From: Klebsiella phage KpLz-2_45
Sequence record: MN871446.1
DNA length: 64,000 bases
Reading direction: 5' to 3' (one strand)
The notes under the pieces were generated by a model, which worked only from the letters and a program-made list of their open reading frames with translations, had not been told where the DNA came from and did not search any database. Position numbers and translations under genes: made by a program. The first letter of the stretch is position 1, and each line of letters opens with the position of its first letter. Below are positions 1-9,155 of this stretch, one piece after another.

Positions 1-411
1 GATGGTGAAATTGTTGAAGCCTGCGCTGTTAATCGCCAGCCGGATCTTTTCAATATCGCCTGTACCAATCCCGGGAATAGTGACAAGGGCATTCACTGTC
101 TCAACAACGTTGATCGTATCAACTTTGATCCAGGGTAATCCGATGACGCGTTCTGTGCCGTCTTCTAAGGCCAATACCAACCAGTTGTAAGAACGGGCAT
201 TGTCTTCAACGCTACCCGATGGCAGAAGAGGATAAACCTTCGCGTGCTCTGCTTCCGGGTCAATACCGAATTTAGTAGCACCTCTGGCCGACACAATGTC
301 AGTCGGAACCACGTTACGGAAAACATCCCCGTAAAGCGCAGACGGATAAACCTGAAAGGTCACCGTGGAGTTCAGTGTAAATTTACCGAGGATGAGGTCT
401 GTAGACGTCAT
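1..411 (-). CDS. hypothetical protein (5' part only; gene continues past window start)
   Basis: Minus-strand ATG at 411 sits 1 nt after the stop of the upstream gene (412). The frame stays open to position 1. No recognisable motifs. Confidence 0.4.
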   Translation of the reverse strand, partial: MTSTDLILGKFTLNSTVTFQVYPSALYGDVFRNVVPTDIVSARGATKFGIDPEAEHAKVYPLLPSGSVEDNARSYNWLVLALEDGTERVIGLPWIKVDTINVVETVNALVTIPGIGTGDIEKIRLAINSAGFNNFTI

Positions 412-771
412 TTAATTTTCTCCCGATTCGAAAAGCAACATTAACGTAGTAGAGTCGAAGTACTCGAGGTCTACATAACGAAAGGTTGTTTTACTGGTGA
501 TTTCTTCCACTCGTTCTTTCAAGGTTTCGTGGGTGAGAAAAAGATGACCAGCAATCTCACCGTGTTCAATAGAAGGAACAGTAGTTTTCAATCCGCTGTC
601 AATGACTTCCAATACGAGCTTCCTGGTCGAGTCCTTTAGGTATTCGATGTCAATAACCGTATCATCATCTTCATCGCATTGGACTTCGTCTAAAAGACCC
701 TGATAAAAATAACTAAAGATTAAAGGGAGTCGTACAAGGGAAGTAAGAACTTTTATTTTCATGTTCTTCAA
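412..771 (-). CDS. hypothetical protein
   Basis: 119-aa ORF in a co-directional packed block. Overlaps the next ORF by 59 nt. Confidence 0.45.
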   Translation of the reverse strand: MKNMKIKVLTSLVRLPLIFSYFYQGLLDEVQCDEDDDTVIDIEYLKDSTRKLVLEVIDSGLKTTVPSIEHGEIAGHLFLTHETLKERVEEITSKTTFRYVDLEYFDSTTLMLLFESGEN

Positions 772-1141
772 TCCTTAAACCAAGAGAATAACTTCCCGTG
801 TACAGGAATAAGTTCTCAAGATGATAACGTTTCTCTAATAGGAAGGGATGGACTTTCTCCATCTCACGGTAAAGTCGAGTATGGAGACAATCGTAGTTTT
901 CCAGAATGATTTCCATGCCGTACTCGAGTAAACCAGGATCACTCGCAATAAAGAATCCTTTTAAGACCTCGGGGTGCATCGCCATTTTTTCCGGTTCCAA
1001 AATATCTTCGACAAAAAGCGACGAAAGATCACGTGCTTTTATCCAGACATCTCTTGGCATATTATCTAGGAGCGTCGATAAACCAGAATAAAAAGACTGG
1101 CAGGGTAAAACAACCAACGTTGCATTTTTGTTTTTCACCAT
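713..1141 (-). CDS. hypothetical protein
   Basis: 142-aa ORF in a co-oriented block. Confidence 0.45.
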   Translation of the reverse strand: MVKNKNATLVVLPCQSFYSGLSTLLDNMPRDVWIKARDLSSLFVEDILEPEKMAMHPEVLKGFFIASDPGLLEYGMEIILENYDCLHTRLYREMEKVHPFLLEKRYHLENLFLYTGSYSLGLRIEEHENKSSYFPCTTPFNL

Positions 1142-1599
1142 ACCTCCCGGCTAAGGTCCTCCACTACAAATGAGATTGCGTTGTTTCGTAAGAGTACGTC
1201 GCCGATATCGATATCTTCGTGATATCGGAGTTGACTCCTCTCGAAGGACAACAGTAAATCGGTCGCAATCACTTCAGCCATATCTTCAATGTAACAAAGC
1301 AACCGGTGTCGAGTACCCCTATCTAACCGTAACTGATCGCTGGGATCATCTGCATCAGGGACAAAGAAAAGATCAATCGTGTCATCGAGTCTTTCCGATG
1401 CCTCCTGCTGACCGAAGTGCTTAACGTCCAATACATAAGCGATGGTACAGCCGATAAAGTCAGTCACTTCAAAACGAATTTTGTTTCGGGGGATATAACG
1501 ATTAAACCCATCGATATATCGACTGAAGAAAAGGTGAAAGTTTGACGTTGGCCAATCCTTCACCGTAAAGATTAAGATAGTACGAAAGAAACGGGACAT
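1135..1599 (-). CDS. hypothetical protein
   Basis: 154-aa ORF with acidic patches. Its stop abuts the next start. Confidence 0.45.
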   Translation of the reverse strand: MSRFFRTILIFTVKDWPTSNFHLFFSRYIDGFNRYIPRNKIRFEVTDFIGCTIAYVLDVKHFGQQEASERLDDTIDLFFVPDADDPSDQLRLDRGTRHRLLCYIEDMAEVIATDLLLSFERSQLRYHEDIDIGDVLLRNNAISFVVEDLSREVW

Positions 1600-2009
1600 T
1601 AAGATCCTCTGCGAACAGTCAGTTGGAAGGCGATGCCGTGGTGGCGTAATTCTACAAAATCAATACGGGGGGAACGTGAAAAGTTACTTCGTATCTCCCG
1701 TCGATAATCACGATAAAACGAGACGAAGAGTTCTTCTGCTGTCTCTATCAACTCTTGCGTCGTAACATCCGGCATCTTAGCGTGCGGATACGAACGTAAG
1801 AAATTCTCGATTTCAACTCTGATACGCCGCGTACCCGATAACGATAGATTTTCTTCGTCGGTGCCGATAATGAAGTCGAATATCATTTGCAGAACAAGTC
1901 GGCGATAGAGTAAATCGCAATACATCAGTTCGTGCAGTATGGCAGCGGTCTCTCTTCGATAAGGCAAAACAAAAAGACGTGTCGTAGTTTCAGTCACTGA
2001 CGGTAACAT
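1599..2009 (-). CDS. hypothetical protein
   Basis: 136-aa ORF. Shares 1 nt with the neighbour. Confidence 0.45.
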   Translation of the reverse strand: MLPSVTETTTRLFVLPYRRETAAILHELMYCDLLYRRLVLQMIFDFIIGTDEENLSLSGTRRIRVEIENFLRSYPHAKMPDVTTQELIETAEELFVSFYRDYRREIRSNFSRSPRIDFVELRHHGIAFQLTVRRGS

Positions 2010-2457
2010 AGAGGTCTCCTCTAACGAATCTTACGTTTCTGATTTGATCAGGACTCAAAACGATATCTTTCATGGCTAAAGTCTTCCTTGATATCTTCGA
2101 GCCTAATAATTGAATATCGATGTAGAAATTTCGCTTGAATTCTTCTTTGAGCTTCTCGTCCAGATGTTCCATTCCGTCGGAGCACAATAAGTTATCTAAG
2201 ACCTTTTCCGCTTCTTCGTTAGCCTTGAAAAAGAAGGGCATGAAGAAGGTTCTTTGGTAACGTGATAAAGAAAATAGAAAAGCCGGGAGAATAATCTCCC
2301 GGCTGTGTATTGAGTATAGGTTTTCTATTTTCTTTATTTCTGACGCGTCCCAATGCAGGTCATAGATGAAGGTTTGTGAATAATCTAATCGACCGTTGGT
2401 CACGTGAGATCTCCCATCCATAATAGTCAATGATACGTTCTTCGCTTGTTTTCTCAA
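1990..2457 (-). CDS. hypothetical protein
   Basis: 155-aa ORF. Part of a staggered overlapping series, so the true start is uncertain. Confidence 0.4.
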   Translation of the reverse strand: MRKQAKNVSLTIMDGRSHVTNGRLDYSQTFIYDLHWDASEIKKIENLYSIHSREIILPAFLFSLSRYQRTFFMPFFFKANEEAEKVLDNLLCSDGMEHLDEKLKEEFKRNFYIDIQLLGSKISRKTLAMKDIVLSPDQIRNVRFVRGDLYVTVSD

Positions 2458-2782
2458 GAAACGTTTTGATTTCTTGTAGCGACAATTCCAGAAGTGCGTC
2501 AGTATCAGATAAATTTAGTTCAGGCGTAGAAAAAACGGAAAGTAACCGCTGTTCCATCGTAGAGTAACCATAAATCAGTTTCTCCAGACTAAAGAGCAAA
2601 AGTAAACCATACGCCTCGCCAAACGTCACCGGCTCTAAAGTGTCAGAGAAAAAGCAACGGTAGATCTTCTCGAGGCGAGGTCGTAATAACGCGATGTCAA
2701 TAATCTCTATTTTGTTCTTCACGTTTTTCTCGTTGTATCCTTTCCCAATCCCGAATTCGCCAATCGCCAAGGTTCTCGACAA
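2360..2782 (-). CDS. hypothetical protein
   Basis: 140-aa ORF. Overlaps both flanking ORFs by about 90 nt, so the start is uncertain. Confidence 0.4.
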   Translation of the reverse strand: MSRTLAIGEFGIGKGYNEKNVKNKIEIIDIALLRPRLEKIYRCFFSDTLEPVTFGEAYGLLLLFSLEKLIYGYSTMEQRLLSVFSTPELNLSDTDALLELSLQEIKTFLEKTSEERIIDYYGWEISRDQRSIRLFTNLHL

Positions 2783-3224
2783 TCAATGCGTTGTTTCTGA
2801 CTTCGACCACCACAATTTCATCCCAGAACCTATTTTTTCGTATCCCCATGTCACGAAAATACTCTACCGCGAACACGATAAAGATATCGATAACTTCGCG
2901 GTAGAGTTCTTGGGACGGCTCATCCACGATCTCTTCGTTGTACGGATTAAAACCAATAGGCTCTAACGTGTAACCTTTAAACCAACCACGAATAGCAGCA
3001 TCGTCGTCCCAACATTCCCAAGGATATTTAGCGTCTTTATTGATGGCATTCCAAAAGAGACGGAGGGCGGTTTCCTTAAGATCTTCTACACGAAGGTTCT
3101 TGTCAGCGTACCGGTCGATAACACTGTGTTGGCGACGGACTGAATAGAGAATGGACGATAGTCGTCTGGCGAGATAATCAATATCAATAACATAACGCAT
3201 AATAGAGACCTTATCGATAAACAA
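2697..3224 (-). CDS. hypothetical protein
   Basis: 175-aa ORF, Trp-rich. Confidence 0.45.
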   Translation of the reverse strand: MFIDKVSIMRYVIDIDYLARRLSSILYSVRRQHSVIDRYADKNLRVEDLKETALRLFWNAINKDAKYPWECWDDDAAIRGWFKGYTLEPIGFNPYNEEIVDEPSQELYREVIDIFIVFAVEYFRDMGIRKNRFWDEIVVVEVRNNALIVENLGDWRIRDWERIQREKREEQNRDY

Positions 3225-3615
3225 GATAGGTACGTGAGTTCATCCGTTCCGTGTAACATTCACCGTAAATACCGTATCGATCCCATTGAGAACGAAGATC
3301 GCTAAGGATTTTTTCTAATACGCCTGTATTTTTCATTTTTTCAATTTCTTCCTGAAGAGACATGTAAAACGATAACTGGTCCCGATAATAAGGATCATCG
3401 GGAATCGTTTCAAAATCGCTTTCCAGCGGGTCAATGTTGTTCGAGTAATAAATCTCAATGAACAGTTTGTTATAATCTTTAGCTTTTCCTTTTTCCCAGT
3501 GGTACGCGGTAGAAAGGAAAGCGTCTATAATCTGATCCCGCCAGAGACCCTTATAGCCGTCGGTGAAGACCTTAAGCGCCGGGGGGATTTCGAAGAGATA
3601 TTTTTGCACTGCCAT
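3211..3615 (-). CDS. hypothetical protein
   Basis: 134-aa ORF. Confidence 0.45.
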   Translation of the reverse strand: MAVQKYLFEIPPALKVFTDGYKGLWRDQIIDAFLSTAYHWEKGKAKDYNKLFIEIYYSNNIDPLESDFETIPDDPYYRDQLSFYMSLQEEIEKMKNTGVLEKILSDLRSQWDRYGIYGECYTERMNSRTYLVYR

Positions 3616-4049
3616 AAATCAGGATTCCTCTGACGAAACTCTTCATCATCTACCCAAACCATTAATGCGTTCCGTTGTATATCGAGCGATTCGATATGAA
3701 GCAGATTAACCGGAAGTTTCAATGGTACGCCACCGTACTCTTTTTCCAATACCCTGGCTACTTGCCATATCTTCTCTGTCTCCCAATGGTCATTATCAAT
3801 AATTAAATACTCAGGCGGAATCGTGTTATACGTCCGGTCTAACCAGTGGGCTAAAATCCTTAACCGATAGAACCGATCCATTGTCGGTGTCATATCGAGA
3901 AAATGCTTAATATCGATGACAATCAACATGGTCTTCAGTTCCCAGTGTAATTTCAAAATGATTGTGTTGGAAAGAAAAGTCGAGGACACGATAATGACGC
4001 GGGACACCCTCCAATTGAAAGAGCGTAGTGAGTTCCTTTTCTTTTTCAT
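3525..4049 (-). CDS. hypothetical protein
   Basis: 174-aa ORF. Internal Met codons (MLIVID.., MTPTMD..) could be the real start and would remove the overlap with the upstream ORF. Confidence 0.4.
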   Translation of the reverse strand: MKKKRNSLRSFNWRVSRVIIVSSTFLSNTIILKLHWELKTMLIVIDIKHFLDMTPTMDRFYRLRILAHWLDRTYNTIPPEYLIIDNDHWETEKIWQVARVLEKEYGGVPLKLPVNLLHIESLDIQRNALMVWVDDEEFRQRNPDLWQCKNISSKSPRRLRSSPTAIRVSGGIRL

Positions 4050-4356
4050 TAACTCGATTGAAGATCGCTTCGATCATTGCGTTAAAATCACGTTTATCTC
4101 TACCCGGTAGCATTTTGCTGGGTTCTACCTTATCGGTTAACAAATAGATCCCTTGCGCCCAATGCTTTCTTTCCCGGAAATGAAACCACGTCATCCAGGT
4201 CGCGTAGAAAATTTCTTTCACGGTGAAAATACCGTGATAAGGTGAATTAATCCAGTAAAAGATCTTTGGGATCTCGCCTTTAACAATCATGACGTCACCA
4301 GACTTCCTGTAAGTCATTCTAAGCCTCTTTTTACTGTCAGTAGTACTATCTATCAA
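3907..4356 (-). CDS. hypothetical protein
   Basis: 149-aa ORF. First gene after the 4357-4521 intergenic region. Confidence 0.45.
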   Translation of the reverse strand: MIDSTTDSKKRLRMTYRKSGDVMIVKGEIPKIFYWINSPYHGIFTVKEIFYATWMTWFHFRERKHWAQGIYLLTDKVEPSKMLPGRDKRDFNAMIEAIFNRVNEKEKELTTLFQLEGVPRHYRVLDFSFQHNHFEITLGTEDHVDCHRY

Positions 4357-4429
4357 ATAAATTGATAAACCCGTACAAAGCGATTACAACTATGTTCAAT
4401 AGGGTAATATATGTCCTATTTCTTTTCCA

Positions 4430-4475
4430 ACAAAACAAAATAAAAAAGACGGAGCGGGAAAACCCCGCTCCGTTG
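4430..4475 (-). terminator. intrinsic terminator downstream of the tubulin-like gene
   Basis: Perfect 11-bp stem GACGGAGCGGG/CCCGCTCCGTC with GAAAA loop. On the minus strand it is followed by TTTTTTATTTTGTTTTG. Confidence 0.8.
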
Positions 4476-4521
4476 ATGATCTTAAATGATTGAAGCAGAT
4501 AAAAGTCCTACATACTAACGA

Positions 4522-5490
4522 CTAGAGTTCCATCCCGTCGCCCTGAACATCGCCACGGATAAAGTTCTGCGCAGCCTTGGACTTCTTATCGCGTGCAGCG
4601 CGACGTTGTTCGTAGTCGTCAAACGTTTGGCGAAGTTCCATTAAGATCTCATTCAGTCCATCTGTATGAATGACAAAATAAAGCGAATCTTCCCCTGTAC
4701 GTTTACGGGTACCGAACGTGTTATAGTCCGCTGGGATAGTACCGGCTACCGGCTTGTTGTCGCCGTAGAGTTCCGCAACTGAAATAGGTGCGTTAACGCT
4801 CACTGCATCATCACGGTCCTGGAAGACGTCAAGGAGACCGAGCTCCGGGCTTACGCCTGCACCAAGAACGGGTTTCGCCCAGGTCAGTACGTCCGCAGAA
4901 TCCAGTCCATGATGTTTCCCGGAATAAAGATCCAGAACGGCGCGGATGGTAGCGATCATGATCGCATCGACTTCGGCGTTGCGCAGGTTGTTCTCATTGC
5001 TCTCGTAACAGACGTTACAGAACTGATTGTTCTTGATCGCAATGTTACGCAGCGACGAAATAGTCTTCATGGTGTTTTCGGTGGTATTACCCGATTCTGT
5101 CGAACCGACTAAAAAGACCAGCACCGCTTTATTCTGCGCATAAAGCGCTTCGATCAGTTTCGGACCAATGACCGAACCGCTGCCGCCGGAGGCGGAGAAG
5201 ATCAGAATGTTGAGATCGGACGGCTTCAACTTAAAGAGAATGTCGCTGATGCTTCGGTTCGTGACGTCGTAGTTGGTTTTACGGATTTTCCCTGCGCCGT
5301 CTACGCCCTCGAGGAAATACCATTTGTCAGGGTCTTGAACAGACCGCTCGGAAACGTTGGAACGACTACCGTCAACATACGCTTCTTTGACGTTAGCAAG
5401 TTCAGAAAGATCGGTGCGCATGAGTTTAGTGAGGATGTCGATACCCGCACCACCTGCGCCGTAAATAGTTACTGTGTTATTCGATGACAT
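4522..5490 (-). CDS. tubulin/FtsZ-fold GTPase (PhuZ/TubZ-like phage tubulin)
   Basis: N-terminal glycine box TIYGAGGAGIDIL (compare FtsZ GVGGGGNNAV). T4-loop signature ILIFSASGGSGSVIGPKLIE (compare tubulin GGGTGSG, FtsZ GGGTGTG). 322 aa, within the size range of phage PhuZ proteins. Monocistronic, with its own terminator. Confidence 0.65.
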   Translation of the reverse strand: MSSNNTVTIYGAGGAGIDILTKLMRTDLSELANVKEAYVDGSRSNVSERSVQDPDKWYFLEGVDGAGKIRKTNYDVTNRSISDILFKLKPSDLNILIFSASGGSGSVIGPKLIEALYAQNKAVLVFLVGSTESGNTTENTMKTISSLRNIAIKNNQFCNVCYESNENNLRNAEVDAIMIATIRAVLDLYSGKHHGLDSADVLTWAKPVLGAGVSPELGLLDVFQDRDDAVSVNAPISVAELYGDNKPVAGTIPADYNTFGTRKRTGEDSLYFVIHTDGLNEILMELRQTFDDYEQRRAARDKKSKAAQNFIRGDVQGDGMEL

Positions 5491-5576
5491 AATACGGTCG
5501 CTCCTTATGTTGGACCAAAAGTCGTATCATAGTACTTTATAACAAGACGTAAAATAATCGATGGAGGATCTCAAAG

Positions 5577-6407
5577 ATGGTGTTACAGAAAGTGATTTCT
5601 GATATTCGTTTTATCATTCCTAAAGAGGTACTCGAAGTTGCCTTTTTAGGTGACGTCGGGTTGGAAAGAAAACGACCCGGTTCATTGGATTGGGAAATTC
5701 GTAACAAAGTGATCGACGCGAAAGTCAGACCCGATTGTAATTTACTGGGTGCGCTGGAAATGAACATTCCGCTGGCAAACGCAGAAGTAACTTACGATAC
5801 CAGCGGTCTTTACCGCAACACGGTAAGAATCCCTAAGTCATTAACCGGCGGACGTTCTATCGTGCTCCCCACTTACTTTAACTATTACTACTACACCGGG
5901 GCGATCGGTCAAGTTGGTGGCTACATGGCCAATAACTACTCGAGCAACACGTGTGGTAACTCACCGTTAATGGCACAGGCCAGTCGAATCCTACAATCCT
6001 CCGCGAACTCCGATGCTACCGGTACCGCGGCAGTAAGATTGATCGGTGAAAACACGGTAACGATTAACGACTATATCGGCTCGATTACACAAGGTTCATT
6101 GGTTTGTTTAGTGAGCCACGATTCCGAGATGAATTCTATCGGTCCCCGTGCAGTTCCACAGTTCTCCAAACTCTGTCAACTGGCTTGTAAAGCGTACATC
6201 TACAACACGTTAAAAGTTAAGTTGAACGGCGGGTATCTTTCAGGTGGTACCGAGCTGGGAGAGATCCAAAATGTCGTGGACAGCTACTCTGATGCTGCTG
6301 AACAGTATTCTGAGTATTACGAGAACGAATGGCAGATGGTTCAGTTCAGTAACGATGATACACGTAACTCGTGGTATCTCCGTAATTTGATTGGCGGTGG
6401 CGCATAA
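5577..6407 (+). CDS. hypothetical protein, possibly a virion protein (codon-optimised)
   Basis: Strong SD GGAGGA 8 nt upstream of the ATG. Isolated plus-strand gene with GC-rich third codon positions. Gly/Tyr/Asn-rich (YFNYYYYTGAIGQVGGY). Followed by a hairpin terminator. Confidence 0.6.
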   Translation: MVLQKVISDIRFIIPKEVLEVAFLGDVGLERKRPGSLDWEIRNKVIDAKVRPDCNLLGALEMNIPLANAEVTYDTSGLYRNTVRIPKSLTGGRSIVLPTYFNYYYYTGAIGQVGGYMANNYSSNTCGNSPLMAQASRILQSSANSDATGTAAVRLIGENTVTINDYIGSITQGSLVCLVSHDSEMNSIGPRAVPQFSKLCQLACKAYIYNTLKVKLNGGYLSGGTELGEIQNVVDSYSDAAEQYSEYYENEWQMVQFSNDDTRNSWYLRNLIGGGA

Positions 6408-6410
6408 CGG

Positions 6411-6443
6411 GTAGGAGGGGTAAACCCTCCTACCTCTATGTTT
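6411..6443 (+). terminator. intrinsic terminator
   Basis: Stem GTAGGAGGG/CCCTCCTAC with GTAAA loop, then CTCTATGTTT. Confidence 0.6.
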
Positions 6444-7263
6444 AGTGTAGTCGTAATACGACGCAACTAGCGTCGAGATCAATCGCAGTGACCCCTTCGT
6501 TTTCTTTATCGGAGATAGCAAGGCGGTAAAAGTTGACCTCGTTCACTGCGCCCATTAATCGATCGCTGTAAACGGTTTCTTCAATCTCGGTTTTTCCGCT
6601 GGCAAACGTATAACCTTCGACCGTCCCGTAGCACATCGCAAGCATGGAACCGATAACGTAGTTCCATTCTGATTCCTGCCACGTTTCTCCCTGAAAGACA
6701 GAGAACAGGATTCTGGCGTTGGTTCTCTCTTCGATGAGTAAGAGCGCATCTTTACCAATGAAGTGCGGGTTATTCTGGTCAGCGTATTGATAGACCAACA
6801 AAGTTTTGCTGGTCTTGCTGTCCTTTATTTCAAAACCTTCTTCGATATTCCAAAAGATGAAATAATCTTCATTGTTCTTCGCCATCAGTTCGTAGAAATC
6901 TAAAATACCGTCAGCGTCAAAGGTGGGCCTGGCGTACACTCCACCATTGACGTAAGGGAACGGTGAGCCTTCGTTAAGTTCCTTTATCTGGAACACTGCA
7001 GCGACTACCGCGTCGTCCGGTATCGCATCGACATCCGACAGCAACAAAGAAACTTCTAGTAACGATAGCGAAGGTGTCTCGGTTTCAGGGACGCCGGTAA
7101 ACGATATCGCCCAAACCGTGTGACCACCGGTAGGGAACGTCATCGTGACGAGAATCGTCCCAATACCGATGTCACTCTTTTTAGGAAGCGGATGTATACT
7201 GACAGTACCCTTCGATTTCTCTGATGTAGACAAGCCCACTGCATTTTCAACTACCGTCTCCAT
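6442..7263 (-). CDS. hypothetical protein
   Basis: 273-aa ORF. Confidence 0.5.
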   Translation of the reverse strand: METVVENAVGLSTSEKSKGTVSIHPLPKKSDIGIGTILVTMTFPTGGHTVWAISFTGVPETETPSLSLLEVSLLLSDVDAIPDDAVVAAVFQIKELNEGSPFPYVNGGVYARPTFDADGILDFYELMAKNNEDYFIFWNIEEGFEIKDSKTSKTLLVYQYADQNNPHFIGKDALLLIEERTNARILFSVFQGETWQESEWNYVIGSMLAMCYGTVEGYTFASGKTEIEETVYSDRLMGAVNEVNFYRLAISDKENEGVTAIDLDASCVVLRLH

Positions 7264-7283
7264 TCCTACCCCCAGGTATAAAC

Positions 7284-7745
7284 TCAGTTTGTTTCTAATC
7301 TTTTAAACACAGCCGTATTTCTAACGCTATTAAAATATTGGAGCAACTGCGTCTTATCGGTAACAACAATGTTATACTTGTCTAAAATTTCCTGGAATAA
7401 AGCAGATAAGTTACCCAACTCATCAATGATTGGGATTTCGTTTAAGAGCCACCACCATCGCCCTTTGATCCGGGTGATTGCAGGCTGCCCCCAGACTAAC
7501 CCTTTCATCTCGAAATGATAATGCGAAGAAAGGTTCTCTTCTACCTGATTTAACAGGCTTCTAATCGGACCAGCTTCTTTACTCTTCCTGAGAATACGGT
7601 AAACAACGAGTGTTCCGTCAATGGCAACTACCACGCTATGTCGAATTGTCTTCGAGGAAAGCGAAAGGGTTAAAAGACAATCCGTGTCGTTCATTAAAGT
7701 GAGATCAAGAAGATGGCCATCGGTAAAACGAACTGTAGTACTCAT
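7284..7745 (-). CDS. hypothetical protein
   Basis: 153-aa ORF. Confidence 0.5.
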   Translation of the reverse strand: MSTTVRFTDGHLLDLTLMNDTDCLLTLSLSSKTIRHSVVVAIDGTLVVYRILRKSKEAGPIRSLLNQVEENLSSHYHFEMKGLVWGQPAITRIKGRWWWLLNEIPIIDELGNLSALFQEILDKYNIVVTDKTQLLQYFNSVRNTAVFKRLETN

Positions 7746-7775
7746 TCAACGCCTCCCGTGGCCAGTGTGTATTTA

Positions 7776-8462
7776 TTAGAGTAAATTCCAACGTTTTTCC
7801 ATTAATTCGCTAATGCGATCTTTGATTCGCGGACTGGCGATCCATGGCGGGTTGATCAGTTCAGAAATGACAATCCCGAGATCAGGGAGTTTTTTCAACA
7901 GCGCCGTAATCTGTCCGGTAGTGAATCCCTCTGGTGGTGTATTGATGTCGAGTTTACAATAGCGGCCAAAGTCATTCTCTTCTTTATCGAAGTACCAGTC
8001 CAGTTCCCCAATTATCCCGTTACCCAGATCAATCAGTGAGCGTCTTTTTTGGTAAAGACGTTCGCCGAACGGTAATGCCATTTCATACTCTTCTGGTGTA
8101 ATGACCTTTTCAAGTTCAATGCACCGAGATGTCTGAGTTTTAGCATCGTAAGGTAAACGATACTTCGTCGCCGCTTCATAAACCACTTGACCAGCAACGT
8201 CTTTGCTTTCGGAGAAAACTTCAGTTCGTCTAACCCGAACGGTAATGCGGGTATTGTTTGTTGTTAACGCATTCGTTTCTGATTGCGTTATTTGGTAATA
8301 GTCGCCTGTACTTTCTTTTAGTCTTCGGAAACTCGCCTCATCGACCTTAAAGAAAATGGCTACTTCATTTTCGTTACTCTTTTTATTACCCATGAAGAAG
8401 CTCGTTATTCTGTAGTTAATTTGGACGGTAGGGAACCACTGGTCATTTCGCCTACCTTGCAT
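7776..8462 (-). CDS. hypothetical protein
   Basis: 228-aa ORF. Alternating charged motifs (ITVRVRR, ELEKV) are faintly CYTH/TTM-like. That is not a reliable call. Confidence 0.45.
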   Translation of the reverse strand: MQGRRNDQWFPTVQINYRITSFFMGNKKSNENEVAIFFKVDEASFRRLKESTGDYYQITQSETNALTTNNTRITVRVRRTEVFSESKDVAGQVVYEAATKYRLPYDAKTQTSRCIELEKVITPEEYEMALPFGERLYQKRRSLIDLGNGIIGELDWYFDKEENDFGRYCKLDINTPPEGFTTGQITALLKKLPDLGIVISELINPPWIASPRIKDRISELMEKRWNLL

Positions 8463-8480
8463 AAGTAACGTCCGAAGGCC

Positions 8481-8528
8481 AAAAAAGAAACAGAAAAAAT
8501 AAAAAAAGAAGGTGTGAAAACACCTTCT
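8481..8528 (-). terminator. intrinsic terminator
   Basis: Stem GAAGGTGT/ACACCTTC with GAAAA loop. On the minus strand it is followed by a long T-rich run (TTTTTTTATTTTTTCTGTTTCTTTTTT). Confidence 0.75.
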
Positions 8529-8566
8529 TTCGTGACAGATGCACTATAAATAGCAAGAGGAATAAA

Positions 8567-9121
8567 TTATGAAAACCCGGCCAAAAGACGTTGGAAAGAA
8601 TTCAACTCTTTAATGTATTTAGCGAGCACCGCAGCCTTCAGTTGGATATCTAATCCAGGCGGGAGTTGTTCCTTCAGCCTGATCTGTCCGAACTGACTTT
8701 CGAACGTTGCGTAGAGAAAAACTTTACCAAGCTCTAACCGTAACCCTGCGTTGATCGCTCTTAACGGTAACGGATGTTTCTCGGTGAGAATGTCCCACTG
8801 CTCGGTGAACCCGCGAACGTTAAGGCAATACCCTCCTTCTGACGCGAGACGATTGATGTCGTCACCGGTCATGGAAAGATAGAGGTCTGCTATGTCAACC
8901 CCCAACTGGGTAACTGGGAATCGTTTGTTCGGTTCTTTCAGCGCGTATTTAAGTACCAGCGTACTGTAGTGTTCTTTGACGATGTTCTGAATATCAGTTT
9001 TCGCCTCTTTCGTTTTAAACGACGTCACTAACGAGCCGTAGTGTCGTAATTCATGGATGACGTTCCCTTGTGTCACGTAACTCTTCGCTCTAATTTTGCC
9101 CAGATCAAAATTATAGTACAT
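8567..9121 (-). CDS. hypothetical protein
   Basis: 184-aa ORF. Confidence 0.5.
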   Translation of the reverse strand: MYYNFDLGKIRAKSYVTQGNVIHELRHYGSLVTSFKTKEAKTDIQNIVKEHYSTLVLKYALKEPNKRFPVTQLGVDIADLYLSMTGDDINRLASEGGYCLNVRGFTEQWDILTEKHPLPLRAINAGLRLELGKVFLYATFESQFGQIRLKEQLPPGLDIQLKAAVLAKYIKELNSFQRLLAGFS

Positions 9122-9155
9122 TACTCGCTCCTTATTTACTGGCGTGGCGGTACGG

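Noticed and set aside
2-444. Plus-strand ORFs 2-190 and 244-444
   Set aside because: They lie entirely antisense to a continuous minus-strand coding frame (1-411). That frame is tightly coupled to the downstream minus gene. The plus ORFs have no SD.
7776-8462. CYTH/triphosphate-tunnel or 2H-phosphoesterase assignment for the 228-aa protein
   Set aside because: Only vague alternating charged beta-strand patterns are present. There is no clean ExExK or HxT/S pair. Left as hypothetical.
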